Origin: Monocercomonoides exilis PA203
Taxonomy: Eukaryota; Protista; Preaxostyla
DNA: 64,000 nucleotides
Direction: 5' to 3'
Assembly: GCA_001643675.2 (NCBI GenBank)
Contig: LSRY02000005.1
Coordinates: forward strand, 620,001 to 684,000
In this document: positions 24,765 through 36,181 of the stretch, piece after piece
Layout of the letters: every line of letters starts with the position of its first letter
Numbering within the stretch: the first letter of the stretch is position 1
The notes under the pieces: generated by a model
Database searches by the model: none
Told to the model about the DNA's origin: nothing
What the model saw: only the letters and a program-made list of their open reading frames with translations
Made by a program: the position numbers and the translations under genes

Positions 24765-25460
24765 CCGCTCTGATTCCTCCTTCTTCCGAATTGCTGCCTT
24801 CTTGCGAGAGCTGAGGACCGGGGGGATCTCCGAAAAAACCGCGGGTTAGTACGAGGAAGGGGATAACTTAATCTTCTTCGAAGTGTATCTGGTTGTTCTC
24901 TTGCAGTGGGCTGAACTCGTGTTAGAGGAAATGTTGGTCTTTGGAAACCTTTTTCAAACTTAGCTTCTTGTCTTGCTTCTCTGAGAATCAGTTCCTGTCT
25001 CTCTGTGAGGATTCCCGTTGAAGCGTCTGTACTCATTAATGTGACAGCCCTGAAACCAAACCTGCCTTGAATTCGAACCGTTCGTGCCTCTTGAAGCGCC
25101 TTGGTAACCAAAATCAAGATGTCAGCCAGTCTTTGCTTTGCACCTTCCTTTGAAGTCTGTATTTCGGCTAAGCCTATGAGTGCAGCTTTAATTGCCTGGA
25201 AAAGATAAATCTCCATCTTGTAACCCGCCTGATCTAACGCATCGTTAATCCAATTCTTTGTTCTCTTGGAAGCGGGTGGTTCTTGAGATAGCAATGGGCT
25301 AAAATCCTGTGTTGAATACTCCTTAACTACATCTTGGACGGATCATGGGGAGTATTCAACTCAAAAATTGAAATATTCGGCGTTTGTCCGAAAATGTACT
25401 CAAACTCCTGACAAATACGTTGAGATATCTCCAAGTCATCTTCATTTTCCTTTCTGTCAT
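24728..25460 (-). pseudogene. Putative gag-like ORF1 of the DIRS element
   Basis: 188-aa helical ORF with an Arg-rich C-terminus, in the first-ORF position and overlapping the pol start. Coding-like sequence continues upstream in another frame past a break near 25343. The 5' end is approximate. Confidence 0.6.
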
Positions 25461-25679
25461 CCGAATGTGTTACCTCCTGTGTGTTAAACTTTCCGATAAC
25501 GAAGGCGAAAAAATTGAAGCGGAAGAAAAGATGTTCGGTTGAGATAAGGTCCCTGGTTGGCTTTGCGCCACACTGTTCTGCATTGCAGCCTCAGCCGACG
25601 GCGTTAGTCCAACAATCGAAGGGAATTGTGAAGCAGACATCATTGATCAAATGTGGCGACTGACCCATAGATTGTGGCG

Positions 25680-25717
25680 TCTCTCAAACAAGAGAAGGAA
25701 TTGATGAAACACTTTCT
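25680..25717. repeat. 5' terminal inverted repeat of the DIRS-like element
   Basis: TCTCTCAAACAAGAGAAGGAATTGATGAAACACTTTCT is the exact reverse complement of 21425-21462. Confidence 0.97.
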
Positions 25718-26256
25718 TGATAATTAAGGTGCTTATGCACTTTAATTACAAATACACTCACATTTTTTGCCAATTTTTCATTCATTTTTCATTGGGAATG
25801 TTCATTGGAGCATATCCACAAAATCACTTATTTCAATGAAAATTCGATATTTTGATATTTATTTCCAAATAATCGAATTCTCAAAGATCTGTTTAAATAA
25901 GGCTTGATAACGTGAATAGTCTATTTGAATAGTTTTTTCTGTAAAATAACGAGCGATTATAAAGCATTTCAAAAAATCAAAAAAAAAATTCGCCCCAGAT
26001 TAATTGGTGAATTTTTTTGAAATCACAACTTTTTTCTGTGTCGAATTTTAAAATTTCGACTGGAAATGGATCGAAAATCATCTATCCCGGATATTGAAAA
26101 CTTCAAATGTTCAAAAAGCAAAAATTTGAAGAGTTTTTTTGACAAATTTTTTTCTAAAAATTGTGTTATTGCTTTTCAATGTTCAGTTACTAACATGCTG
26201 ATCAAATTTTCTTTCCGAAAATAGGGGTTATTTTTTTTTTGTAAAGTCGCAAATGT

Positions 26257-26460
26257 GGCTGATCCTTTTTGAAATCATTCATTCGTTCGAGTTTTGATCA
26301 AAATTTTTTTCTCTATGGGATTTTGAAAAATTGAACAAAACTATTAACACACGTTGTTTATGAAATTGTTATTGCAGAAACAAAAATTTATCAAAAATCC
26401 CATTGAGATTAAATATTTAATCAAAACTCGAACGAAAGCATTATTTCAAAAGGATTAGCC
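26257..26460. mobile_element. MITE family A, copy 1 (~204 bp, ~70-bp imperfect TIRs)
   Basis: GGCTGATCCTTTTTGAAAT...TTCGTTCGAGTTTTGAT...GGGATTTT at the left end and its complement ...ATTTCAAAAGGATTAGCC at the right. ATGT on both sides. Homologous to 37945-38149. Confidence 0.82.
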
Positions 26461-26476
26461 ATGTATTTTTCAAATT

Positions 26477-26742
26477 GGGTCAAAATATTTAACTTCAGGC
26501 ATTTTCATTGAAAATAATGCATTTTTCATTGACTTTATGATATCAAAATACACAATAAAATTGGGTTTATTTTTTGACATTGATGGAATGTTGGATAACT
26601 TTATGTTTTGATTTCAACAATGCCTGTTTGTAGATTTGCAAACCAAATTTATTTTGAAATCTGAGAAAGTTAAACAAAGAAATGAGTGAAGTTATTATTT
26701 TTGCTTTGTGCAAAAAAAACTTGAAAGTCTGTATATTCACCC
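26477..26742. mobile_element. MITE family B, copy 1 (~266 bp)
   Basis: Dispersed direct repeat of 28551-28818 (shared ACTTCAGGCATTTTCATTGAAA and AAATTTATTTTGAAATCTGAGAAAGTT). GGG...CCC ends with short imperfect TIRs. AATT on both sides. Confidence 0.78.
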
Positions 26743-27377
26743 AATTAATCAAAAATTTCATATTTTTATTAAATTTTTGTTAACATACACCAGACTTCAC
26801 TTAAATCGAAATTATTTCTTGATATAACTATTTCACACATTCAAAAGAAGATTCGTTAGTGGAAACAGATATTTAAGCAAAATATGAAATTTTTATTTAT
26901 TCGAAAATTAAACGTTTGCAACTTTTCAAAAAGAATAGCCCATATTCACACAAAAATAATATGTTTTCAAATATTATCACCGATGTTTGAAAGAGATAAA
27001 TTTTTCTATTCAGTCAAAATTCGAAACAAAGATGAAAAAATGAACATCAATTAATATTTTTCGCTTATCACCTTAAATTGTCGAATTTTTCAGAACAAAA
27101 TCATCTACATGAAAATCAAATAATTTTCAACAGAAAATGTGGAAATTTTTATGTTTAAAAACGAAAAAAATTAGCAGAGGATCAGTTATTCTTTTTTCAA
27201 TGAATAATGAAAAAAAGAAAAAAATTTTTTGACTTTCTGATACTCAGTTAGTAACTTTTTTATCTCATAAAAAAATTTTTTGTTTTTTTTAAATACTCAA
27301 TTTGATTTTTTAGAATTATTGGATTTTTAATTTCTAATAATGAGACCAAATTTAAATAATGAATGGTGCATAAAATA

Positions 27378-27742
27378 CAGTTTGTGCAAAAAATACCTGA
27401 CAAGATCGATTTCTCAATAACCACTCAAAGAGAAAATCTGTTAATATTCCTCTAAAATATATCTTAACAATACAAACTCATTTGATAACCGAACTTTCAT
27501 TGACATGTCGATTGAATGCTATCAAAAATAATTTTTGTAAATACGGAGAAACTCAAAATCCTATTTCTCCGAGATTTATAAAATAAATTTTTTTTTTGAA
27601 AAATTCAGTCTGCACGAAAATGAATGCCCGACATGCCAAAAAAGTTCGTATTGTTAAGATATATTTGGAGGAATAATAACAGATTTTCTCTTTGAGTGGT
27701 TATTGAGAAATCGATCTTGTCCTGTATTTTTAGCACAAACTG
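27378..27742. mobile_element. Foldback MITE with ~110-130 bp TIRs (Tc1/pogo-like CAG...CTG ends)
   Basis: CAGTTTGTGC...GACAAGATCGATTTCTCAATAACCACTCAAAGAGAAAATCTGTTA...ATATCTTAACAATAC is mirrored at ~27630-27742. Flanks TA / CA. Confidence 0.8.
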
Positions 27743-28550
27743 CAATTTGTCTGAAAAAACTTTTTTTTTTCATTATGAAAAAAAAAATCTTCATCTTTAT
27801 TTTTTTTATAACATGGAAACGCATTTTCAATTATTAATGAGATGTAACATTCAGATTATTCAAATTTTGAATTTTGAGAAAATTTGAAAAAGTTCTGAGC
27901 AGAAAAATAAACAAATGATGAGTTCAAAAAAAGATTTAAAATCAGAATTATCCCTCAATTTATGAATAATAACATTGTTAACATTTCGTTTTATTCTGAA
28001 TCATTTATTGTTTTTCAATTAATTGATGCTCTTTTTATATATTTTTCCGCACAAATAAAGTTCATCCGTTGTGCGTTGAATTTCAATAAAAATGCTTGCA
28101 GAGATAAATACATATTCATTTACGCCAAATTTTCTTCTGTCTTTCACCAATTTGATGGCGAATGAACTTAAAAGTTGAAAGTCGAACGTGAAAAAAGTTT
28201 TTGAATTTATTTTTTGAAAAGGCTTTTGAAAGATTGTTTTATGGAGATGAGCAGATTGTGTTCACATGAGCGTAAGCAATGTTTTGTTTTCACAGAAGAG
28301 ATGAAGAAACAGGAAGAATATGATTCTGTAAACAATTAACAAATTCCTTTATGTTTTCATTCATATTAGACTATCATTCAACAAATTTGAATAATTGTGA
28401 CAAATCACTGTTGTGTTCATTTTTCAAGAATGACGATTTTACAAGCCATTAACTTTCATTATGTTGTTTCAACGCAGTAGTTTTATTGATTATTCTGTTT
28501 GCTTTTATACCATTTTCTTGAATCATTTTGGTCATTTTATTACTTTATAT

Positions 28551-28818
28551 GGGACAGAATATTTGACTTCAGGCATTTTCATTGAAAAAATATGCACTTT
28601 TCAATGACTTTTTGAGATCAAAAAACAAAATAAAAATGGGTCCATTTTTTGACATTCGTGAAATGTTGGAAAACAAGTTGTTTTGATTTCAACGATGCAT
28701 ATTTTCAAATATGAAAATCAAATTTATTTTGAAATCTGAGAAAGTTTAGTAATGTCATAAGAAATACAATTTTTTCATGCTTTGTGCATCAAAAGCTTGA
28801 AAGTCCATATTTTCCCCC
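28551..28818. mobile_element. MITE family B, copy 2
   Basis: Homologous to 26477-26742. Ends GGGACAGAATATTTGACTT ... AAGTCCATATTTTCCCCC. ATAT on both sides. Confidence 0.78.
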
Positions 28819-29916
28819 ATATAAAACCTTCCATAGATAAACATTTTGTAATTTGTTTTTTTATTCATGAAAATAAAAACGAAATGTTATTAAAACTTAT
28901 TTCTCATGAGAATTAACGGAAAGCTTCTTTAAAGAAATAATTACTTCAAACAACTCCTTATAGTGCAAACAGGAAAATTTTGTTGAATAATAATAAAAGA
29001 ATGAAATAAAAATATGTTCAGAAAACTTATACTTTCAAAATTATATTCCTTTCTTCAATTTTGAATCAGTTTTGTTAATTTACAATTTTTCATTTATTTT
29101 TCCGTATATACCAAAAATAATTCAAATTCAAAATGATAATTAATTTGATGTGTGGAAAAAACAACTTTTGTTTTGCGGTAAAAATTCAAAAAAAATTTTA
29201 TTTCATCAGTGCACTTTGTTTATCAATATTTGAAAAATAATGTATGTTCATGTGAACTTTTTCATTAATTTTGAAAGAAAATATTTTAATTTGAAGTTTA
29301 TTAGAATAGAAATCGAATTCATTTTCAATAGAAAAAATTGTAGTTTTTCATATTTTCACCAAAGAAACTTTATATTATAGTGAAAAATATTATCGTCCTT
29401 TGTCTTACGATAAATGTGAAAGAAAATTTTCAATTTTTATTCGATTAGATACAAAGCGAAATTTATTTTTTATTTTTTTATCTTTAGAGTGATGATTTTC
29501 GAAAATGAATTTTTTTTTTTTTTTTCGTATAAGAATTATTTTTGGTGTATTTTTTGACTTCATATTAAAAAATAGCAGAAAAAGTTTGGAACAAATCATG
29601 GATTATTTCAAAAAATAAAATTTCTCCCACCCCCCTCCTCCATATTTTCACAATTACGAAAAGAATCAGAAATGTTATAAACATCCAAAATTAAATTTTA
29701 GAAGTATAGAAATATTAACAATTGTTTTTATCTTCCACAGAAGCAACAACCTGAAAGAGATTCTATCTTTTGATCTTTTTTCTATTTATTATCCCAATGA
29801 TATTGAAGAATTTATAAAATATGCAAAAGTTCATTGTCCTAAACAATAAATTTCTTTAAATAATAATTAGGGATTCTTTAACAACATCACTATGCTATTT
29901 TTAAAGAAATTTGTAA

Positions 29917-31365
29917 TTATTTATTTAATTTTCTTCTTCTTCCTTTTATTGTTCCTGCTTTAGTTGTTGTGCGTTTTCTAGTTCCTTTCTTTTTTGCCCC
30001 TTTCCCCTTGATTATTGCCCACCATGCTCGTGAAAATCGCGGAGGCATTGTCTTGTGAGTTGAACCTGAATAAGTACTTTTGCTGTCAGAATGTGGATAA
30101 TTATCAGACAGAAAAGACGCACTTCTACGATAAGATGAAGAAGGTCGCTCAGAACTATTTATTGACGATTCATCTTCATCTTCATCTGAATCCATTTCTT
30201 CGTATTCAATGTCTTCCATGTTCGTTCTTTGAGAAACAGGATAATCAACAACATCACTTGGCACTACGTTCAATTTTCTGTGTTTGATTTGAGTTTTGAT
30301 TTCATTTTCAACAAACTGTGCATTCTCTTGGCTTTGTTCGGTTGTAATGCTTGAATCAGCTGAACCGTTTCCAGCAGAATTCAAGGAATCTTCATCTGAA
30401 CCAAAAAGCGAAGCCATCGATCTGCGTTTACTTCTCATCTGGAGAAAACTTGCAAACGAGTGTGAAGTCATTTTCGTTTCATCAGTTGCTGAATGAATGA
30501 TCATCGTAGGCTGCTTTGGTTTTGTTGGAGAAGGCGTTAAAACAAGCGATATGTGTGAAAATCCATCACCTTCTGAAACAACATGAGACTGAACAGCTGA
30601 AGGAGGATCAAAATGAGATAAGCTTGAGGAGTCAGATTGTGCAAATCGTGCCATCCTCCTCAGATACGGCATCGGCATGTTGGATGGATGATGCTCTTTA
30701 CAATCCAAAGGCACAGAAGCAGATAACATCGCAGATTGGGATTTTGAAGAAGATATTTGATTGCATGATGAAGTGGATGGAGTGGTAGAAGTGAATGATG
30801 ATGTGTTTGCTGAATGAGACTGAAGTGGTGGCAGTGGTGATGCGCGAAATGGAATTGGAGAAATCAATTTTTCATTATGAAAAATTTGTTCACGAGAAGA
30901 ATGCTGTGAGTGGAACGGAGAAACAGAGAGTTTGGAATCAGATTTCAGCAGAGAAGGTGAAGTAGAAACAGAAGAAACAGACTGAAAAGGAGAATGTTTC
31001 CCATTCGAATTATCTGGCTGAAGAATTGACGGAATTCGAGTCTTTACATCAAGCTTTATATCTGATTCATCGTCTTCTTCGTAATCATCAAAAATGATTC
31101 GCATTCGTTTATGTTTCTTTTCAATAAAATTCTTTTCCAAATTTGTATCAGAAAAAGCTCCATCTTGAAAAGTTGTTTCTGAAGACTGAGATTTATGATG
31201 TGAAGGAAGAAATGGAGGAGATGTTAAGGAAGAAGGAGCAGGTGATGTTTGTAACTTTGGCGAAAACACACTTGAAGGATCGGCGGAAGTTTGCTCAGAA
31301 GCGCTTTGAAAAAATGCAGAAATTAGTCTTCGTTTTTTAGATAATGCAAATCCTGTTGTGGACAT
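29917..31365 (-). CDS. Ser/Pro-rich, probably disordered hypothetical protein with basic (NLS-like) termini
   Basis: 497-codon open frame in AT-rich surroundings. First ATG at 31365 (MSTTGFALSKKRRL). Acidic patches and a Lys/Arg-rich C-terminus. No recognisable domain. Confidence 0.7.
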   Translation of the reverse strand: MSTTGFALSKKRRLISAFFQSASEQTSADPSSVFSPKLQTSPAPSSLTSPPFLPSHHKSQSSETTFQDGAFSDTNLEKNFIEKKHKRMRIIFDDYEEDDESDIKLDVKTRIPSILQPDNSNGKHSPFQSVSSVSTSPSLLKSDSKLSVSPFHSQHSSREQIFHNEKLISPIPFRASPLPPLQSHSANTSSFTSTTPSTSSCNQISSSKSQSAMLSASVPLDCKEHHPSNMPMPYLRRMARFAQSDSSSLSHFDPPSAVQSHVVSEGDGFSHISLVLTPSPTKPKQPTMIIHSATDETKMTSHSFASFLQMRSKRRSMASLFGSDEDSLNSAGNGSADSSITTEQSQENAQFVENEIKTQIKHRKLNVVPSDVVDYPVSQRTNMEDIEYEEMDSDEDEDESSINSSERPSSSYRRSASFLSDNYPHSDSKSTYSGSTHKTMPPRFSRAWWAIIKGKGAKKKGTRKRTTTKAGTIKGRRRKLNK

Positions 31366-32304
31366 CCGCCAAATAAATGAAAGATAAAAAACAATTGATC
31401 TGTTCCACACTAAATTAAGAAAAAATCAAAAAGCTCAATTTTTATTTGAAAATCATAAAAAATGCAATTTTTAAAGATAAGTAAATTATTAACCTTTCAC
31501 ATATTCTCTGAAAGAATAATTCTGATTACGAAAAGGAAAAATTTCAATAAAATTTTAGAAAAATATAACGATCAGAAAAAGCTCGTTAATCACAAGTTTA
31601 ATATTATGAACTTCTTGCTCATTTTGTTCTTAAAAATTCCCGTATTTTTCTGTGACCTGTTGATGTTTGAATCTATCAAACGAAAAAATTTTTGAATTCG
31701 AAACAGAGAACGAACAGTTAGAAATTAATTACTGACTTTCAATTTTATCAAGAATCAAGAACAGCATTTTTTTAAATTTCTTTGAATGATTTAACATGAG
31801 AAAAATCTCAACGACAATGTGTTGTTGATACTTCTTGGTGTTTTTTTTGTTTCCTTCAATAAAATTATTGAACGCATTTGTTTTTATTTTTTCAACAAAA
31901 AAACTTATATTTATTCAATAATTATCAATGTCCCAAGTTTTGTGAGAATTAATTCAATCACATTTCAACTTCTTTTAATTACTTATTCATTTCTTTTTCA
32001 ATAATCTACAAGATTATTTCATTTATCCTAACTTGTGACTGAAAAGATTCATTGTTTCAAAAATTTGAATTTAAAGAATGATATTCACATTTGAATATAT
32101 TTCAGGATGTTGAAAAATAAAAATTCAAAGGATTAAGATTTTGTCATTCTGGAAAATTATAAAAAAATATTCATATCAAAATTGTCATGTAGTTTTATTT
32201 AAAAAAAATATTTGAATAAATAAACAAAAAATCAAAACATGATCATAGTTGTTGACTTGTATATAAAGTTTGGGCATTTTGATCGATTTAAAAAGTAACG
32301 AATA

Positions 32305-34144
32305 ATGATTTATAACGGACCAATTGAAGGAGGGCAAATGCATGGGAGAGGGCGCATTACCTATGCAAATACCGAAGTCTATGAAGGAGATATACACTAC
32401 GGAAAACGACAAGGAATGGGAAAGTACATTTATGTTGATGGGAGTGCATACGAAGGCGAATGGGTAGATGATAAGCCCCATGGTCATGGAATATGTACTT
32501 ACGCTAATGGTTTGGTTTTTACAATAATTAAAATTCATTTATGACAATATTACGTTTTTTATTTTCATCGAAAATTTCAAATTTTTACCTATTTTTTTCT
32601 TTGGAAACATCGACTCATCGACTATGCCAATAATCATTTATGATGGTACAGGAAATGTTTATGATGGGGAATGGGTTGAAGGGCACATTCATGGATATGG
32701 TGTTCTCACATATGAAAGTGGAGATGTTTATGAGGGAACATGGAAAGTTTGGAGATCCTTGTTAATATTGAATTAATTGTAATTTCATTTATCGACCTGC
32801 TATATTTATTGCATTTTAAAGGACGGGAAAATGGATGGAAAAGGTTTGTTTATGAGTATATAAAAATAAAAAATTATTTAAGTATTGTTGAAATGGAAAT
32901 TATTGTTCTTTAGGGAAATACAGCTACGCTGACGGAGACGTTTATGAGGGTGATTGGAAGGATGACAAAAGGTTTGTTTAAGGTTACATCAAATTGTTTT
33001 AGATTTTCAAATTTTCAACAATTCAAATAATTTGCACTTTTCAACTTAGGCATGGAAAGGGTATTGTTACATATGCTTCCCATGATGACAAAATGCCCGA
33101 AAGATACGAAGGAGATTTTAGGGAAGGTATTTTAAAAATATTTTTTTTAATTAACGATTTTTAAATCAAATTTCAAAAAATTAATCACTAAGGTCAAATG
33201 CACGGTCATGGAAAATACTTCTACAGTGATGGTGGCATATACGATGGTGAGTGGGTTGACAGAAAGATGCACGGGAAGGGAACGTTCATTTTCCCCAACA
33301 AATCAGTTTATGTTGGAGATTGGAAAGATGATGTGAAAGATGGTTATGGAGAGCTTACATATCCAAATGGGGAGAAATTTGCCGGATATTGGAGGGATAA
33401 TAAAGCATGTTTGTATTTGCTTTTTGTTTATTTAGATGGACTCACTTTTTTAATGCGATTATATTCTGAAATTATTGTGTTTGTAATATTTGCATTTAAA
33501 CTGTTCAATTAGGTGGAAAGGGAACACTAACTTATGCCAATGGTGATCGCTATACAGGAGATTGGCTGAATGCAAAGAAGCACGGAAAGGGAGAATTGCA
33601 CACTTCGAGCGGAGATGTGTACAACGGTGACTGGGTTGATGATCATGCTGAGGGGCAAGGTGTTCTGGTGCTTGCAAACGGAAACAGATACGAAGGGGAA
33701 TGGAAAAAAGATTTGGTATGAAATAGAAAAGTGAAAGAGATTATTTTGTGAAAAAAAAGAAGTATTTATTTTGATGGATGTAATTTTTTTAAAGATTTAT
33801 TTCTGTTAATTAATATTTATATTGCTCATATTTCTTAATGTGTTTTTTCTTATTTTCCAATTAATTAATTAATTTCTCTTTATTTTAATTCCAATCTTTG
33901 GTTTCTCTGTAATTTTTCTTCTTTCTTTCTTTCTATCAATCAACAGAGGCATGGACATGGCAAATACTTCACTCCCGATGTGACGTATGACGGAGAATGG
34001 GTTCATGGGCGTAAAGAAGGACATGGTACACTCATTTTCATGAATGGCGATGAGTATGAAGGCGAATGGAAGGATGGACTTATTTGCGGATCCGGTATTT
34101 ATCGCTTTGCGCAAGATTCCATTTGGAACGATCCCGATTTGTAG
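32305..34144 (+). CDS. MORN1: MORN-repeat protein, MORN1-like (multi-exon)
   Basis: Spliced product is almost entirely Y-x-G-(E/D)-W-x-x-(G/D)-x-x-H-G-x-G repeats, from [16 protein letters not shown] to ...[18 protein letters not shown] (TAG 34142-34144). About seven GT-AG introns. The termini resemble kinetoplastid/apicomplexan MORN1 as I recall them. Confidence 0.85.
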
Positions 34145-34660
34145 ACAATTAGTAATGTTACATAGAAAGAAGTTGGGCATCAAGAACAATAATTTTATTG
34201 CTTTCTAAAATGGATGAAATTAATTGGATAGAAGAACGATTTTAATACATAGAGATAAGCAAAATGTGATGTGGAATAAATGTTATCAAAAAGAAGGAGT
34301 AAATGGTAATATCAGTTCGATACGAGCTTGCATTCTCTGTTAACTCTTCCAAGTAATTTCGTATTTTTAAACTTTCACTTTATAATATCCCATATAGTTT
34401 TTCTTTTAACATTTTTTTCATTTTTTATCTTCAAGTTTCAAATCCATTTTGCCTGACTTTTAACATATCAAATCACCTTTCTTAAATTCTCAGTCTAATG
34501 ATAACAAGATTATTATTTTTTAATTTACGTCAAAAAATTTTATTTACAACAAAAAAACATAAAAATTAGAGGTTGTTTTTGGCGATATTTTTATTGGTTC
34601 ATAAAGATTGTTTTCTATATTTTTCGATGAAAATGAAAAAAAAAAAAAAGATTGGATATA

Positions 34661-35672
34661 GGGCTATAATTTTATCTTGACCTTTTTTCTTTATCAAGAC
34701 CTTTTTCTTTTTGGTCATGCTTTTTGCTTTACACAAGCCTGCGATAAATAAAAAATAACCAGAAATGTTTGAAATGTTTTAACTTCCTTATTCCGTATTT
34801 TTTTTTTTCTTTATTTCATTTTTGACAAAAAGATCGAGGATTATAATAATTTAATGTTTTGATCATTGACTTGCTGCTTTTCCATCGAATATTTTTTATC
34901 GGAAGTTTTAAGCTTTCATATCATAATATATCGTTTCTATTTTATAAGTTAAACTTGTTTAAAACTTTCTCAACTTGTTTTTTTCACATTTTTTCTTATT
35001 TCACACATTTTTTCAAAAAACACGATTTCAGAGACATGCATCCATTTGTTTTAAAATTTAATGAAATGAAATAAAAACAAATTTGAAATGAAATGATATC
35101 TCAAAGAAAAAACAACAAAATATTTGCATATGACGAACAATTTTCAGATCAAAATTTTCATATGTTCAACCATTTCGCTTCATATTCTTGTTCAATTCTT
35201 TTTCATTTCAAAATTAAACAAAAATATGCAATAAATAATACTTTGTTTTTATTTTTTTATGTGCTTAAAAATTCACACAAATGCATATTTGTTCCGAAAA
35301 ACGTGTTTTGAGCAAAAACAGTGAAATGAGAAAAAAAGGTTAAAAATAAAATTGAAAAAGTTAAAAAACAAGTTAAAATAATAATATAGGAATGAAGAAT
35401 TGTGATGCTATGGCTAAAACGTTCAGTATTAAATATTCGTTTCACAGCCAGCAAGTCTTTGATCTGGGTCCTAAAATTATAAAAAATTTGAATAATTATT
35501 TGAACATAAATGTTTTGAACATTTTTTCAACAGAATTCTGAAAAAAAAAATGTCAAGAAGTCAATAAAATTTGTTTTTGTTTTAACCCTTTTCACAAATC
35601 AAAAAAGCAAAAATATGTTTCAAAAAAACAGGGCTGAGATAAAATATTGAGGCCAAGATAAAATATGCACCC
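34661..35672. mobile_element. Degenerate ~1 kb non-autonomous TIR element
   Basis: Left GGGCTATAATTTTATCTTGACCT..TTATC versus reverse complement of right GGGTGCATATTTTATCTTGGCCT..TTATC, with the same spacing. TA on both sides. No coding content. Confidence 0.5.
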
Positions 35673-35897
35673 TATTATAACACTTAGCTTTTGTGATTGA
35701 ATATATATATAGACAGGGACAAAACTCGGGACATTTAATGCAGTTTTTTGTGATCTTCAAAACTCTTTGATTGGTAATAATATTCACATTTAAAATTGAA
35801 TTAATTTAATCAAGAAAGAAAGGAACAAACAAGAGCAATGTGTTTTTTATTCCTTAATGATATGATAGAAAAGAAGTTTGATATCAAAAGAGGAACG

Positions 35898-35950
<53 letters not shown>

Positions 35951-35965
35951 AAAAAAAAAAAAAAA
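35898..35965 (+). repeat. Poly-A tract (~68 nt, one T)
   Basis: Seen directly, inside the transposon. Confidence 0.95.
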
Positions 35966-36181
35966 CGGTTCAACATAGAAAGAGATAGAAGTTCACATTA
36001 AAAAGAAATAATTTGCACATCATCAAAAGAATTATGAACCAAAAACAAAAGCTGAACCCCATTTGCTTTCTGAAGTTTTCTTTCTTTTTCTTTTCTCGCT
36101 TGGAAACAGTATCTCTTCTTCCAAAGCGTTTGATAGCATTTCTGGATTTTTTATTGTGTCAGACATTTTTAAAGAAACCTC

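Larger units (their letters stand above)
21425..25717 (-). mobile_element. DIRS-type tyrosine-recombinase retrotransposon, decayed (gag, RT-RNaseH-MT, overlapping YR) with inverted termini
   Basis: Perfect 38-bp inverted repeats at 21425-21462 and 25680-25717. RT motifs (WRQILDCRKLN, LDLEQAY, TPFG, YLDD), RNase H (TTDAS, ELKA, RSDN, ADALS), a methyltransferase-like segment and YR motifs. GC content is higher than the flanks. Confidence 0.93.
26225..26941. mobile_element. Degenerate non-autonomous TIR element hosting two nested MITEs
   Basis: Left end GGGTTATT(T)nGTAAAGTCGCAAA versus reverse complement of right end GGGCTATTCTTTTTGAAAAGTTGCAAA. Flanks ATAG / ATAT. Confidence 0.5.

Noticed and set aside
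25750-29900. CRISPR-like array or short protein genes in the repeat-rich intergenic region
   Set aside because: Eukaryotic context. The repeats are dispersed or inverted MITEs without regular spacers, and the small ORFs are AT-rich noise.
35898-35965. Poly-A tract as a retroposition tail
   Set aside because: It is on the wrong strand for the transposase mRNA, with no TSD or upstream retro body. Probably an expanded homopolymer.
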